Of a stretch of DNA of 64,000 nucleotides, positions 27,050 through 39,839 are shown piece after piece. How positions within the stretch are numbered: position 1 is the stretch's first letter; every line of letters begins with the position of its first letter. Both the position numbers and the translations under genes were made by a program. The stretch is from Eledone cirrhosa. Taxonomy: Eukaryota. Under the pieces are notes generated by a model. It saw only the letters and a list, made by a program, of their open reading frames with translations, did no database searches and had not been told where the DNA came from. The DNA lies in contig OZ024759.1 in the NCBI GenBank assembly GCA_964016885.1, forward strand, positions 5,208,001 to 5,272,000, written 5' to 3'.

Positions 27050-27722
27050 TCTAATAGACAGTATCTTTCATAGACAGTATCTGACATAGACAGTATCTGA
27101 CATAGACAGTATCTTTCATTAGAAATATGGTAATGAAAGGGTTAATGACATAGACAGTGTCTTTTATTAGAAATGTGGTAATGAAAGGGTTAATGACATA
27201 GACAGTGTCTTTTATTAGAAATGTGGTAATGAAAGGGTTAATGACATAGACAGTGTCTTTTATTAGAAATGTGGTAATGAAAGGGTTAATGACATAGACA
27301 GTGTCTTTTATTAGAAATGTGGTAATGAAAGGGTTAATGACATAAACAGTGTCTTTCATTAGAAATATGGTAATGAAAGGGTTAATGACATAGACAGTGT
27401 CTTTTATTAGAAATGTGGTAATGAAAGGGTTAATGACATAGACAGTGTCTTTCATTAGAAATGTGGTAATGAAAGGGTTAATGACATAGACAGTGTCTTT
27501 TATTAGAAATGTGGTAATGAAAGGGTTAATGACATAGACAGTGTCTTTCATTAGAAATATGGTAATGAAAGGGTTAATGACATAGACAGTGTCTTTCATT
27601 AGAAATGTGGTAATGAAAGGGTTAATGACATAGACAGTGTCTTTTATTAGAAATGTGGTAATGAAAGGGTTAATGACATAGACAATGTCTTTCATTAGAA
27701 ATATGGTAATGAAAGGGTTAAT
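27050..27722. repeat. 48-bp minisatellite
   Basis: Unit gacatagacagtgtctttcattagaaatatggtaatgaaagggttaat. Confidence 0.92.
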
Positions 27723-27737
27723 TACTACACCATATAC

Positions 27738-27875
27738 CTGTCTGACAGTTGCTACCTTCATAACCAGCAGCACATCCTCCACTAGAACACACACCTGTCT
27801 GTTTGTTACATTTACTGTTGTCAGCACAGTGACATGTGTTGCCACAGTTGGCTCCAAATTTACCTGATTTACAGA
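27738..27875 (-). CDS. EGF-like exon (138 bp, phase 1-1)
   Basis: tttccag|TC TGT AAA TCA...G|gtatat; CKSGKFGANCGNTCHCADNSKCNKQTGVCSSGGCAAGYEGSNCQT. Confidence 0.85.
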
Positions 27876-27983
27876 CTGGAAATAAAATATGAGAACAATG
27901 ACAATTATAACAACATTTACACTATACAAGATAATAAATATCACAATATTATATTATCTATATTATAATGTTGTCATCTATAC

Positions 27984-29846
27984 CAGAGGTCGGCATCCTT
28001 TTGGGGTGTGCGGGCCACATTGCTATGGAGTGTCACACAGGCAGGCCACATTTCTATGCAGTGTCTCACTGGCAGGCCACATTGTTACGAAGTGTCTTGT
28101 CAGTTGCTCACATTGCTATACAGTGTCTTGTCAGCAGGCCACATTGCTATACAGTGTCTTGTCAGCAGGCCACATAGCTATGGAGTGTCTTGTCAGCAGG
28201 CCACATAGCTATGGAGTGTCTTGTCAGCAGGCCACATAGCTATGGAGTGTCTCACCAGCAGGCCACATTGCTATACAGTGTCTTGTCAGCAGGCCACATT
28301 GCTATACAGTGTCTTGTCAGCAGGCCACATAGCTATGCAGTGTCTCACCAGCAGGCCACATAGCTATGGAGTGTCTAGTCAGCAGGCCACATAGCTATGG
28401 AGTGTCTCACCAGCAGGCCACATTGCTATGCAGTGTCTTCTCAGCAGGCCATATTGCTATGCAGTGTCTCACCAGCAGGCCACATGGCTATGGAGTGTCT
28501 CACCAGCAGGCCACATAGCTATGCAGTGTCTCGTCAGCAGGCCATATTGCTATGCAGTGTCTCGTCAGCAGGCCACATAGCTATGTAGTGTCTCAGCAGC
28601 AGGCCACATAGCTATGGAGTGTCTCACCAGCAGGCCACATAGCTATGGAGTGTCTTGTCAGCAGGCCACATAGCTATGTAATGTCTCGCCAGCAGGCCAC
28701 ATAGCTATGTAGTGTCTTGTCAGCAGGCCACATAGCTATGTAATGTCTCGCCAGCAGGCCACATAGCTATGCAGTGTCTCACCAGCAGGCCACATAGCTA
28801 TGCAGTGTCTCGTCAGCAGGCCATATTGCTATGCAGTGTCTCGTCAGCAGGCCATATTGCTATGCAGTGTCTCACCAGCAGGCCACATAGCTATGCAGTG
28901 TCTCGTCAGCAGGCCACATTGCTATACAGTGTCTTGTCAACAGGCCATATAGCTATGGAGTGTCTCACCAGCAGGCCACATAGCTATGTAGTGTCTTGTC
29001 AGCAGGCGACATAGCTATGGAGTGTCTCACCAGCAGACTACATAGCTATGCAGTGTCTCACCAGCAGGCCACATTGCTATGCAGTGTCTCACCAGCAGGC
29101 CACATAGCTATGCAGTGTCTCGTCAGCAGGCCACATTGCTATGCAGTGTCTCGTCAGCAGGCCACGTAGCTATGTAGTGTCTCGTCGGCAGGCCATGATA
29201 TCAAATAAGTAATGAGAACATATGTAAAAAGAATGCAGTAATATAATAAAATACTCTGACATTTTTAATAAACTCTGACAAAGCCATGACACCTGGCAGT
29301 GTATTTAAACCAGGGTTGCCATTTGTTCAGTGAACATATTTACTTCTAATAATACTGAACACTTTTAACATAGAAAAATAAATAAACATTGATTATTATC
29401 AAATACAGTCCCTTACAGATGTTTTACTACCAGACAGTTAACTAAAATGAACAATTTTGAGGATGAAATGAAATAACTATGTCAGACATACTGACTTTTT
29501 TAGGTAAGTCTGGGTCATTTCACATCCCTGCCATACAGATACTATGTATGTACATATATACACGAATACACACACACAGTCCCTTTGACCTCGATGTCTG
29601 ACTATTCTATCTCTCTGAGTTTGATTGTTTCTTACTGTCACATTAAAACATTACGTTCAGTTAAGTGAGTCTTGAGGTTAGACGTGTTCTCTAGTTGGTA
29701 TTTTAATCCCAAATAATTCAGAACACATTTTCAGGGGATGGCTTAGTCAAAGATTGAAACCTGTCGGCAGGCCAGATGTGGCCCGTGGGCCAGATGTGGC
29801 CCGCGGGCCAGATGTGGCCTACGGGCCAGGGATTTAATGACCCCTA
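27984..29846. mobile_element. Non-autonomous hAT (Charlie-like) element with 8-bp TSD ATCTATAC
   Basis: Termini cagaggtcggca / tgaccccta; subterminal ggcccgcgggcc repeats; atctatac at 27976-27983 and 29847-29854. Confidence 0.85.
28010..29195. repeat. 31-bp minisatellite inside the hAT element
   Basis: Unit gcaggccacatagctatggagtgtcttgtca, about 38 copies. Confidence 0.92.
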
Positions 29847-30211
29847 ATCTATACTATAGTGATATCAACTATTTTATATCTATATCATCTGTACTATATC
29901 CCTACAACCTATATTATATCTATAGCTATACTATATCTATTCCTCTATATTATATCTATTGAAGGTGCAAGGATTAGTGGTAAGAGCGTCAGGCTTACAA
30001 TCATAAAGTTGTGAGTTTGATGCCTGAATCTTGCTGTGTTTTGTGTTCTTGAACAAGTCACTTTATTTCATGTTGCTCAAGATACTCTGCTATAGAAATG
30101 AGTTGTGATGTCACACTTTCAATAGGAACACACACCTGTCTCTAAGTTACACCTGCTGTTGTTTTGTTTCAATATATTATGCTACAACAAAGTTATGCTA
30201 CATCACTTACC

Positions 30212-33200
30212 TTATTAGAAATATGGTAATGAAAGGGTTAATGACATAGACAGTGTCTTTCATTAGAAATATGGTAATGAAAGGGTTAATGACATAGACA
30301 GTGTCTTTCATTAGATATATGGTAATGAAGGGGTTAATGACATAGACAGTGTCTTTCATTAGATATATGGTAATGCAGGGGTTAATAACATAGGTAGTGT
30401 CTTTCATTAGATATATGGTAATGAAAGGGTTAATGACATAGACAGTGTCTTTTATTAGATATATGGTAATGAAGGGGTTAATGACATAGACAGTGTCTTT
30501 CATTAGATATATGGTTATGAAAGGGTTAATGACATAGGTAGTGTCTTTCATTAGAAATATGGTAATGAAAGGGTTAATGACATAGACAGTGTCTTTCATT
30601 AGATATATGGTAATGAAGGGGTTAATGACATAGACGGTGTCTTTCATTAGATATATGGTAATGCAGGGGTTAATAACATAGGTAGTGTCTTTCATTAGAT
30701 ATATGGTAATGAAAGGGTTAATGACATAGACAGTGTCTTTTATTAGATATATGGTAATGAAGGGGTTAATGACATAGACAGTGTCTTTCATTAGATATAT
30801 GGTAATGAAAGGGTTAATGACATAGACAGTGTCTTTCATTAGATATATGGTAATGAAGGGGTTAATGACATAGACAGTGTCTTTCATTAGATATATGGTA
30901 ATGCAGGGGTTAATAACATAGGTAGTGTCTTTCATTAGAAATATGGTAATGAAAGGGTTAATGACATAGACAGTGTCTTTCATTAGAAATATGATAATGA
31001 AAGGGTTAATGACATATAGTGTCTTTCATTAGAAATATGGTAATGAAAGGGTTAATGACATAGACAGTGTCTTTCATTAGATATATGGTAATGCAGGGGT
31101 TAATAACATAGGTAGTGTCTTTCATTAGATATATGGTAATGAAAGGGTTAATGACATAGACAGTGTCTTTTATTAGAAATATGATAATGAAAGGGTTAAT
31201 GACATATAGTGTCTTTCATTAGAAATATGGTAATGAAAGGGTTAATGACATAGACAGTGTCTTTCATTAGATATATGGTAATGAAGGGGTTAATGACATA
31301 GACAGTGTCTTTCATTAGATATATGGTAATGAAAGGGTTAATGACATAGACAGTGTCTTTCATTAGATATATGGTAATGAAGGGGTTAATGACATAGACA
31401 GTGTCTTTCATTAGATATATGGTAATGCAGGGGTTAATAACATAGGTAGTGTCTTTCATTAGAAATATGGTAATGAAAGGGTTAATGACATAGGCAGTGT
31501 CTTTCATTAGAAATATGATAATGAAAGGGTTAATGACATATAGTGTCTTTCATTAGAAATATGGTAATGAAAGGGTTAATGACATAGACAGTGTCTTTCA
31601 TTAGATATATGGTAATGCAGGGGTTAATAACATAGGTAGTGTCTTTCATTAGATATATGGTAATGAAAGGGTTAATGACATAGACAGTGTCTTTTATTAG
31701 AAATATGGTAATGAAAGGGTTAATGATATAGACAGTGTCTTTCACTAGATATATGGTAATGAAGGGGTTAATGACATAGACAGTGTCTTTCATTAGAAAT
31801 ATGGTAATGAAAGGGTTAATGACATAGGTAGTGTCTTTAATTAGAAATATAGTAATGAAAGGGTTAATGACATAGACAGTGTCTTTTATTAGAAATATGA
31901 TAATGAAAGGGTTAATGATATAGACAGTGTCTTTCACTAGATATATGGTAATGAAGGGGTTAATGACATAGACAGTGTCTTTCATTAGAAATATGGTAAT
32001 GAAAGGGTTAATGACATAGGTAGTGTCTTTAATTAGAAATATAGTAATGAAAGGGTTAATGACATAGACAGTGTCTTTCATTAGAAATATGGTAAGGAAA
32101 GGGTTAATGACATAGACAGTGTCTTTCATTAGAAATATGGTAATGAAAGGGTTAATGACATAGGTAATGTCTTTAATTAGAAATATAGTAATGAAAGGGT
32201 TAATGACATAGACAGTGTCTTTCATTAGAAATATGGTAATGAAAGGGTTAATGACATAGACAGTGTCTTTCATTAGAAATATGGTAATGAAAGGGTTAAT
32301 GACATAGACAGTGTCTTTCATTAGAAATATGGTAATGAAAGGGTTAATGACATAGACAGTGTCTTTCATTAGAAATATGGTAATGAAAGTGTTAATGACA
32401 TATACAGTGTCTTTCATTAGAAATATGGTAATGAAAGGGTTAATGACATAGACAGTGTCTTTCATTAGAAATATGGTAATGAAAGGGTTAATGACATAGA
32501 CAGTGTCTTTCATTAGAAATATGGTAATGAAAGGGTTAATGACATAGGTAATGTCTTTAATTAGAAATATAGTAATGAAAGGGTTAATGACATAGACAGT
32601 GTCTTTCATTAGAAATATGGTAAGGAAAGAGTTAATGACAGACAGTGTCTTTCATTAGATATATGGTAATGAAAGGGTTAATGACATAGACAGTGTCTTT
32701 CATTAGAAATATGGTAATGAAAGGGTTAATGACATAGACAGTGTCTTTCATTAGAAATATGGTAATGAAAGGGTTAATGACATATACAGTGTCTTTCATT
32801 AGAAATATGGTAATGAAAGGGTTAATGACATAGACAGTGTCTTTCATTAGAAATATGGTAATGAAAGGGTTAATGACATAGACTGTGTCTTTCTTTAGAA
32901 ATATGGTAATGAAAGGGTTAATGACATATACAGTGTCTTTCATTAGAAATATGGTAATGAAAGGGTTAATGACATAGACAGTGTCTTTCATTAGAAATAT
33001 GGTAATGAAAGGGTTAATGACATATACAGTGTCTTTCACTAGAAATATGATAATTGTTTCTACTTTTGGCACAAGGCCTGCAATTACCCAGTCTATTACT
33101 GGTACTTTATTTTATCGACCCCATAAGGATGAAAGGCAAAGTTAACCTCGGCGGGATTTGAACTCAGAATGGCAAGGGCCGTAACTCTATGCGTCAAAGC

Positions 33201-33410
33201 ATGGCGTCCGACCCTCTACCGATACTGCCAATCCAATTAGATATATGATAATGAAAGGGTTAATGACATAGACAGTGTCTTTCATTAGAAATATGGTAAT
33301 GAAAGGGTTAATGACATAGACAGTGTCTTTCATTAGAAATATGGTAATGAAAGGGTTAATGACATATACTGTGTCTTTCATTAGAAATATGGTAGTAGGA
33401 AGTTTAATTA
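30212..33410. repeat. 48-bp minisatellite, about 60 copies, interrupted by a SINE
   Basis: Same unit as 27050-27722. Confidence 0.95.
33050..33235 (-). mobile_element. SINE family B inserted in the 48-bp satellite
   Basis: Full SINE B sequence; flanks tagaaatatgataat / tagatatatgataat. Confidence 0.8.
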
Positions 33411-33671
33411 CTATACTGACAGTTGCTACCTTCATAACCAGCAGCACATCCTCCACTAGAACATACACCTGTCTCTATGTTACACCTGATGTTGTTTTGT
33501 TTCAATATATTAAGCTACAGACTAAGCTATACTACACAACACACTTCATTGGAACACACACCTGTCTCTGTGTTACATCTCGCTGTTTGTTACACGTCTC
33601 TGTATGTTACACCTGCTGTTGTCTTGACCCACTATATTAAGTTATAAACAAAGCTATACTACACCACTTAC

Positions 33672-33809
33672 CTGTCTGACAGTTGCTACCTTCATAACCA
33701 GCAGTACATCCTCCACTAGAACACACACCTGTCTGTTTGTTACATTTACTGTTGTCAACACAGTGACATGTGTTGCCACAGTTGGCTCCAAATATACCAT
33801 TTCTACAGA
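33672..33809 (-). CDS. EGF-like exon (138 bp, phase 1-1)
   Basis: ttccacag|TC TGT AGA AAT GGT ATA...G|gtaagt; CRNGIFGANCGNTCHCVDNSKCNKQTGVCSSGGCTAGYEGSNCQT. Confidence 0.88.
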
Positions 33810-34499
33810 CTGTGGAAATAAAAATATGAGAACAATGACAACAACAACAACATATAACACTATACAAGATAATCATCATCTTCATCCATTTAATGTCCAT
33901 TTTCTATGCTAGCATGGGTTAGATATACTGTCCCATTGTGAGAAAAGTTGGGTCAGATGGCCATGTCTTGCTTATGCAGAACTGATTTGGGATTGGTTTT
34001 GATGGCTGGATGCCCTTCCAAATGCCAACCACTTTACAGTGTGGACTGGGCACTTTTTGTTGTGTCACCAACTTGACCACTTTACAATGAGAGCTGAGCA
34101 CTTTTTGTTGTGGCATTATCACAACCATTTTACAGTGTGTGCTGGGCACTTTTTGTTGTGGCACTATCACAAGCACTTTATAGTGTGGGCTGGGCATTTT
34201 TGTTGTGGCACTATCACAACCACTTTACAATGAGGGCTGGGCACATTTTGTGTCACCAACATGACCACTTTACAGTGTGGGCTGGGCATTTTCGTTGTGG
34301 CACTATCGCAACCACTTTACAGTGTGGACTGGGGACTTGAGTGGGGCAGTTGCATGGGGATTGAGGAGGTAGATTTAGGGGCATGGGTGAGGGGTGGGGA
34401 TTTAGTAGCTCACTGACCTTTCTTCAACCCATTCTCACACTGGCTACTGTGCTTTCAGAACACCTTCATCCACTGCAAGTAACAGAAACTATGTACCAC

Positions 34500-34693
34500 T
34501 TCTTCATAACCAGCACCACACCCTCTACTGTAACACACCTGTCTTACAGTTGCTATCTTCATAACCATCACCACACACTTCACTGGAACACACACCTGTC
34601 TCTGTGTTACATCTAGCTGTTTGTTACACCTGCTGTTGTTAGTACAGTGACATGTGTGTTTACAGTTAGGTCCAAATTTACCTGCTTTACACC
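34500..34693 (-). pseudogene. Rearranged EGF exon copy
   Basis: Acceptor and CKAGKFGPNCKHTCHCTNNSRCNKQ intact, then a short frameshifting duplication and a degenerate 3' half. Confidence 0.7.
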
Positions 34694-34856
34694 CTGAAAA
34701 TAAAAATATGGAATGTTCTGCATGAGCATGTGGTCGAAGGACAGCTCCTTGCTCCGATAAATCATGTCACTTCTAACACATGTAGCATACATGTTTCCCT
34801 TCCATGTAATAACCCAATATATTAAGTTAGAAACAAAGCTATACTACACCACTTAC

Positions 34857-34993
34857 CTGTCTGACAGTTGCTACCTTCATAACCAGCAGCACATCCTCCA
34901 CTAGAACACACACCTGTCTCTTTGTTACACCTGCTGTTATCAGCACAGTGACATGTGTATTTACAGTTGGGTCCAAATTTACCTGTTTACAGA
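34857..34993 (-). pseudogene. EGF exon copy with 1-bp deletion (137 bp); may be a homopolymer sequencing error
   Basis: TGT AAA CAG GT versus TGT AAA ACA GGT in paralogs; rest intact with AG/GT. Confidence 0.65.
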
Positions 34994-35087
34994 CTGTGGG
35001 TATAAAATATGAGAACAATGACAATTACAGCAACATATAACACTATACAAGATAATAAATATCATAATTATATCATCTATATATATG

Positions 35088-35420
35088 GTGGCACATGGCT
35101 TAATGGTTAGAGCATTGGCCTTGCAATTGAAAGGTTGTGAGTTCAATTCTCAGACCGGGTGATGTGTTGTTTCCTTGAGCAAGACACTTTATTTCACATT
35201 GCTCCAGTTTACTCAGCTGTAGAAATGAGATGATAGGGACTGGGGTCCCTATCATTCCACTGTAAAGTGGTCGTGGAGGTGCCATGGCAAAAAAGCACCC
35301 ACTACTCACTGTAAATAAGGTTGGTGTTAGGAAGGACATCCAGCTGTAGAAATCAAGCCAGAATCAGTTTCCGTCCCACCCTTGCAAGCAGGGAAAAGCG
35401 AACGTAAAATGATGATGAGT
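35088..35420 (+). mobile_element. SINE family C
   Basis: Near-identical to 25412-25745. Confidence 0.8.
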
Positions 35421-35669
35421 CTAACCCATGCTGGTGTGGAAGATGTACGTTATACGAAGATGATGATGATATAGTGTTGTCATCTATCATCTATACTATA
35501 TCTCTACAACCTATATGATATCTATATCCTATATATTATATCTATATCATCTGTATTATATCTATATCATCATAACCAGCATCACACCTGTCTCTGTCTG
35601 TTTTTTTACACCTGCTGTTGTTTTGTTTCATATATCAAGTTAGAAACAAATCTGTACTACAGTACTTAC

Positions 35670-35807
35670 CTGTTTGACAGTTGCTACCTTCATAACCAGC
35701 AGCACATCCTCCACCTGAACACACACCTGTCTCTTTGTTACACCTGCTGTTATCTGCGCAGTGACATGTGTATTTACAGTTGGCTCCAAATTTACCTGTT
35801 TTACAGA
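35670..35807 (-). CDS. EGF-like exon (138 bp, phase 1-1)
   Basis: ttttcag|TC TGT AAA ACA...CAA ACA G|gtaagt; CKTGKFGANCKYTCHCADNSRCNKETGVCSGGGCAAGYEGSNCQT. Confidence 0.88.
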
Positions 35808-36023
35808 CTGAAAATAAAAATATGGAAGTCTAAATATATTTAATAATTCACATTAATTTCTGATATTTTCATATTTTACATGGTAGACATTATTTGAATT
35901 TTGAAAATGTGAGACCAGAGAAATTGCTTCATGTGACACTGTAAGAAAACATTAAAGAAAACATTAAAAAAATGAAATGTATATCTTCTTCTTTATCATT
36001 AAGAATGTCAGCAGCAGCAGCAC

Positions 36024-36055
<32 letters not shown>

Positions 36056-36177
36056 CAGAGAGAGAGAGAGAGAGAGAAGAGAGAGAGTAGTTAATAATAA
36101 ATACAAAGACCAAAATCTAGAGAGGGCTCAATAAGATAAGAGTTTTATGTATATGTATATATATACATATATATGTA

Positions 36178-36512
36178 TCATCATCATCATCATCATCATT
36201 TTACGTCCACTTTTCCCTGGTTGCGAGGGTGGGACGGAAACTGATTCTGGCTTGATTTCTACAGCTGGATGCCCTTCCTACCACCAACCTTATTTACAGT
36301 GAGTGCTGGGTGCTTTTTTGCTGTGGCACCTCCACGACCACTTTGCAGTGGAATGATAGGGACCGCAATCCCTATCATCTCATTTCTACAGCTGAGTAAA
36401 CTGGAGCAATGTGAAATAAAGTGTCTTGCTCAAGGAAACAACACATCACCCGGTTTGAGAATTGAACTCACAACCTTTCGATTGCAAGGCCAGTGCTCTA
36501 ACCACTAAGCCA
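36178..36512 (-). mobile_element. SINE family C, inverted relative to 35088-35420
   Basis: ORF track gives nearly the same 79-aa translation on opposite strands (35100-35339 minus, 36269-36508 plus). Confidence 0.8.
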
Positions 36513-36587
36513 TAGAGAGAGAAGTGAGAGAGTAGTTAATAATAAATAGAAACACCAAAATCTGGAGAGGGCTCAATAAGATAAGAG

Positions 36588-36651
<64 letters not shown>

Positions 36652-38523
36652 TCAATACATAAACAGAGAAAGCCTTAAGCGATACTCTGACCAACACCAT
36701 CTCACTCAACAAACATTAGGATATACCTAAGTATTATCCCAATTTAGTGTTTGGGGTGCTAACTAATCAGTATTTCGTGGATAGCTGGTTGTATTATTTT
36801 ATATGAGACATTATTAAATAAATATCTCTTTCCCTCCAGACGGCCGTTTCATTATAAGATTTCTACAATTTGGAATAAATAATTTCCAGGTTATGTAGAA
36901 ACTTGTATATAATCCATAGTTTTATACACAAGTGGGCTCTTATAAACTCATCAGTGGATGCCCAAATAATATCGATATAAGAATTATATCGACATTAATA
37001 GATTAGTGATGGTCTCCCTCAACGCTAAGAAGAGACTGGTAGTTCAGAAAATCCAGCAGTCCTCTCAAAGATAAAATACACGCTGTACCCAAAAGGGTAA
37101 AGGGAGGTCATCTTAAAATAAACCAATATACACGCTGTTCATTTAAACCTGTTAGGTATTAACCACATGTATAAGAACTCAATTGGATAGTAAAAGAATA
37201 ACTATATGTATACACAACCAATGCACACATAGAGATAACACATAATAAATACATGTATGGATCCCCCATATACACACACAGCCACTCTCTAAGGCTAAAT
37301 CAGACATGGGATACAAGGAAGATCAATCAGTATTTCATATAAAAAATAATAATAATAAAGTGCAGGGTGATAAAAATTAACGGTAGCCACGGAGCAGGCA
37401 GACTCAGAAAAACCTGGGATGACTTGATAAATTCCGACCTCACACCTCTCCAAGACAATGTCACTGGACCGAGATCTTTGGCGCCACACAGAAGACCCGC
37501 CTTGCCTAAGTACAAAGCGAAACCTACAGTCAGTAGGCACCTCTAACAAAATACACCCCTGTCCCACTACCCCACCCCATCCACACCACCCCCTTAAATG
37601 TGAAGTTATGTTGGTACCACAACATCCAGTCCGAAACAAATGAGGTTGTGTAGGTGTCACAACAGAAAAAACACACAGTCCACGCTGTAATGTGGCCGTG
37701 TAGGTAACACGGTAAAAACCTCCCAGTCCACACTGTAAACGTGGTTGGTGTTAGGAAGGGCATCCAGCCATAGAAAACTTGCCAGTCAGTCCTATACGAG
37801 CAGGACAACGAATATTGCCTCAAGTGGGAAAACTCCCGTCCAAACCCATGCAAGCGTGGAAGATGGACGTTAAACGATGATAATGATGATGATGATGATG
37901 ATGAAAGAGAGTCATACCTTATATCTGGAAATCATATCTGGCCACCAAGAGTATATATTCAATACATAAACAGAGAAAGCCTTAAGCGATACTCTGACCA
38001 ACTCCATCTCACTCAACAAACATTAGGATATACCTAAGTATTTTCCTAATTTAGTGTTTGGGGTGCTAACTAATCAGTATTTCGTGGATAGCTGGTTGTA
38101 TTATTTTATATGAGACATTATTAACTAAATATCTCTTTCCTTCCAGACGGCCGTTTCCTTATAAGATTTCTACAATTCGGGATAAATAATTTCCAGGTTA
38201 TGTAGAAACTTGTATATAATCCATAGTTTTATACACAAGCGGGCTCTTATAAACTCATCAGTGGATGCTCAAATAATATCGATATAAGAATTATATCGAC
38301 ATTAATAGATTAGTGATGGTCTCCCTCAGCGCTAAGAAGATCCAGCGCTTAGAAAATCCAGCAGTCCTCTCAAAGATAAAATACACGCTGTCCCCAAGAG
38401 GGTAAGGGGAGGTCATCTTAAAATAAAACAATATACACGCTGGTCATTTAAACCTGTTAGCTATTAACCACGTGTATAAGAACTCAATTGGATATTAAAA
38501 GAATAACTATATGTATACACAAT

Positions 38524-38527
<4 letters not shown>
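36652..38527. repeat. Pair of about 570-bp direct repeats (36652-37222 and 37959-38527)
   Basis: Both start tcaatacataaacagagaaagccttaagcg and end aactatatgtatacacaa; bounded by (TA)n. Confidence 0.85.
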
Positions 38528-38559
<32 letters not shown>

Positions 38560-38781
38560 CAAATATTTCAAATATTTCAGATCAGTGGTTGGCGTTGGGA
38601 AGGGCATCCAGCCGTAAAAAAACAGTCAGAAACTCTCGTATATGAGCGAGACATGGTCACTTGACCCAACATGCCTCTAAATGGGACAACCCTGTCTAAC
38701 CCATGCTAGCATGGAAGATAGACGTTAATTGATGATGATGATGATACATACATATATATATAGCTACATTACACCACTTAC

Positions 38782-38919
38782 CTGTCTGACAGTTGCTACC
38801 TTCATAACCAGCAGTACACCCTCCACTGTAACACACACCTGTCTCTGTGTTACATTTGCTGTTGTCTGCACAGTGACAATTTCTACTACAGCTGGGACCA
38901 AACTTTCCTACAGGACACA
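38782..38919 (-). CDS. EGF-like exon (138 bp, phase 1-1)
   Basis: ttctatag|TG TGT CCT GTA...G|gtaagt; CPVGKFGPSCSRNCHCADNSKCNTETGVCYSGGCTAGYEGSNCQT. Confidence 0.9.
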
Positions 38920-39013
38920 CTATAGAAAATATTTAAAATTCACTTCTAATATTCACTCACTTTTTTCAGGTAACATGTTTGATGTTTGTAAAACCTATGA
39001 AGACCTGCACTAT

Positions 39014-39059
<46 letters not shown>

Positions 39060-39191
39060 TATACATATATATATATACACATATATATACATATATATAT
39101 ATATACACATATATATATACATATATACTGAAGTAAAAGTTAAGTGGAAATATCCAAGAGTAAGAGCACTCAGTCCATAGGACGAGTTTAG

Positions 39192-39371
39192 TATAAATAA
39201 TTACAACAGTGACATAAACAGGTACTCAAGTTTGAATGGGTTCTGGGCCCCAATTTCTTCAGCCTGTCATGAGATGTTTTCCATTTTCCTCATGACAGGC
39301 TGAAGAAATTTGGGGCCGAGAACCCAACGAAACTTGAGTACCTGTTTATGTCACTGTTGTAATTATTTATA
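39192..39371. repeat. About 180-bp inverted repeat, Penelope-like
   Basis: taaataattacaacagtgacataaacaggtactcaagttt...aaacttgagtacctgtttatgtcactgttgtaattattta. Confidence 0.85.
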
Positions 39372-39511
39372 TCTATATACATATATATATATATATATAT
39401 TCAAAATTAATTAAATTAAATTAAATTAGATTAAGGGAGTCATGTCCAAGACATGCGCCATATCCACCGTAGAATAAGCTCAAAGATTTCAATGAATAGA
39501 TCCGAGCATTT

Positions 39512-39839
39512 TATATCAACTAGAAATAGATTGACATATATATATATTTAAAATAAACACATGAAACAATGACAGGGTATAATTTGTAAAGTGTGTAATC
39601 ACACATAGCTAGGTAGGTAACTAATTAAAGTTTAACTAGAGCTTCAAATATTTCCTTTTTAAAAAATTAATCATTTTTTAATTATTTTTTAAAAAGGTAA
39701 TATTTGAAGCTCTAGTTAAACTTTAATTAGTTACCTACCTAGCTATGTGTGATTACACACTTTACAAATTATCCCCTGTCATTGTTTCATGTGTTTATTT
39801 TAAATATATATCTATGTCAATCTATTTCTAGTTGATATA
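39512..39839. repeat. About 330-bp inverted repeat
   Basis: tatatcaactagaaatagattgacata...tatgtcaatctatttctagttgatata with short AT loop near 39675. Confidence 0.9.

Noticed and set aside
30207-33072. Hydrophobic MKDTVYVINPFITIFL repeat ORFs
   Set aside because: Translation of the 48-bp satellite.
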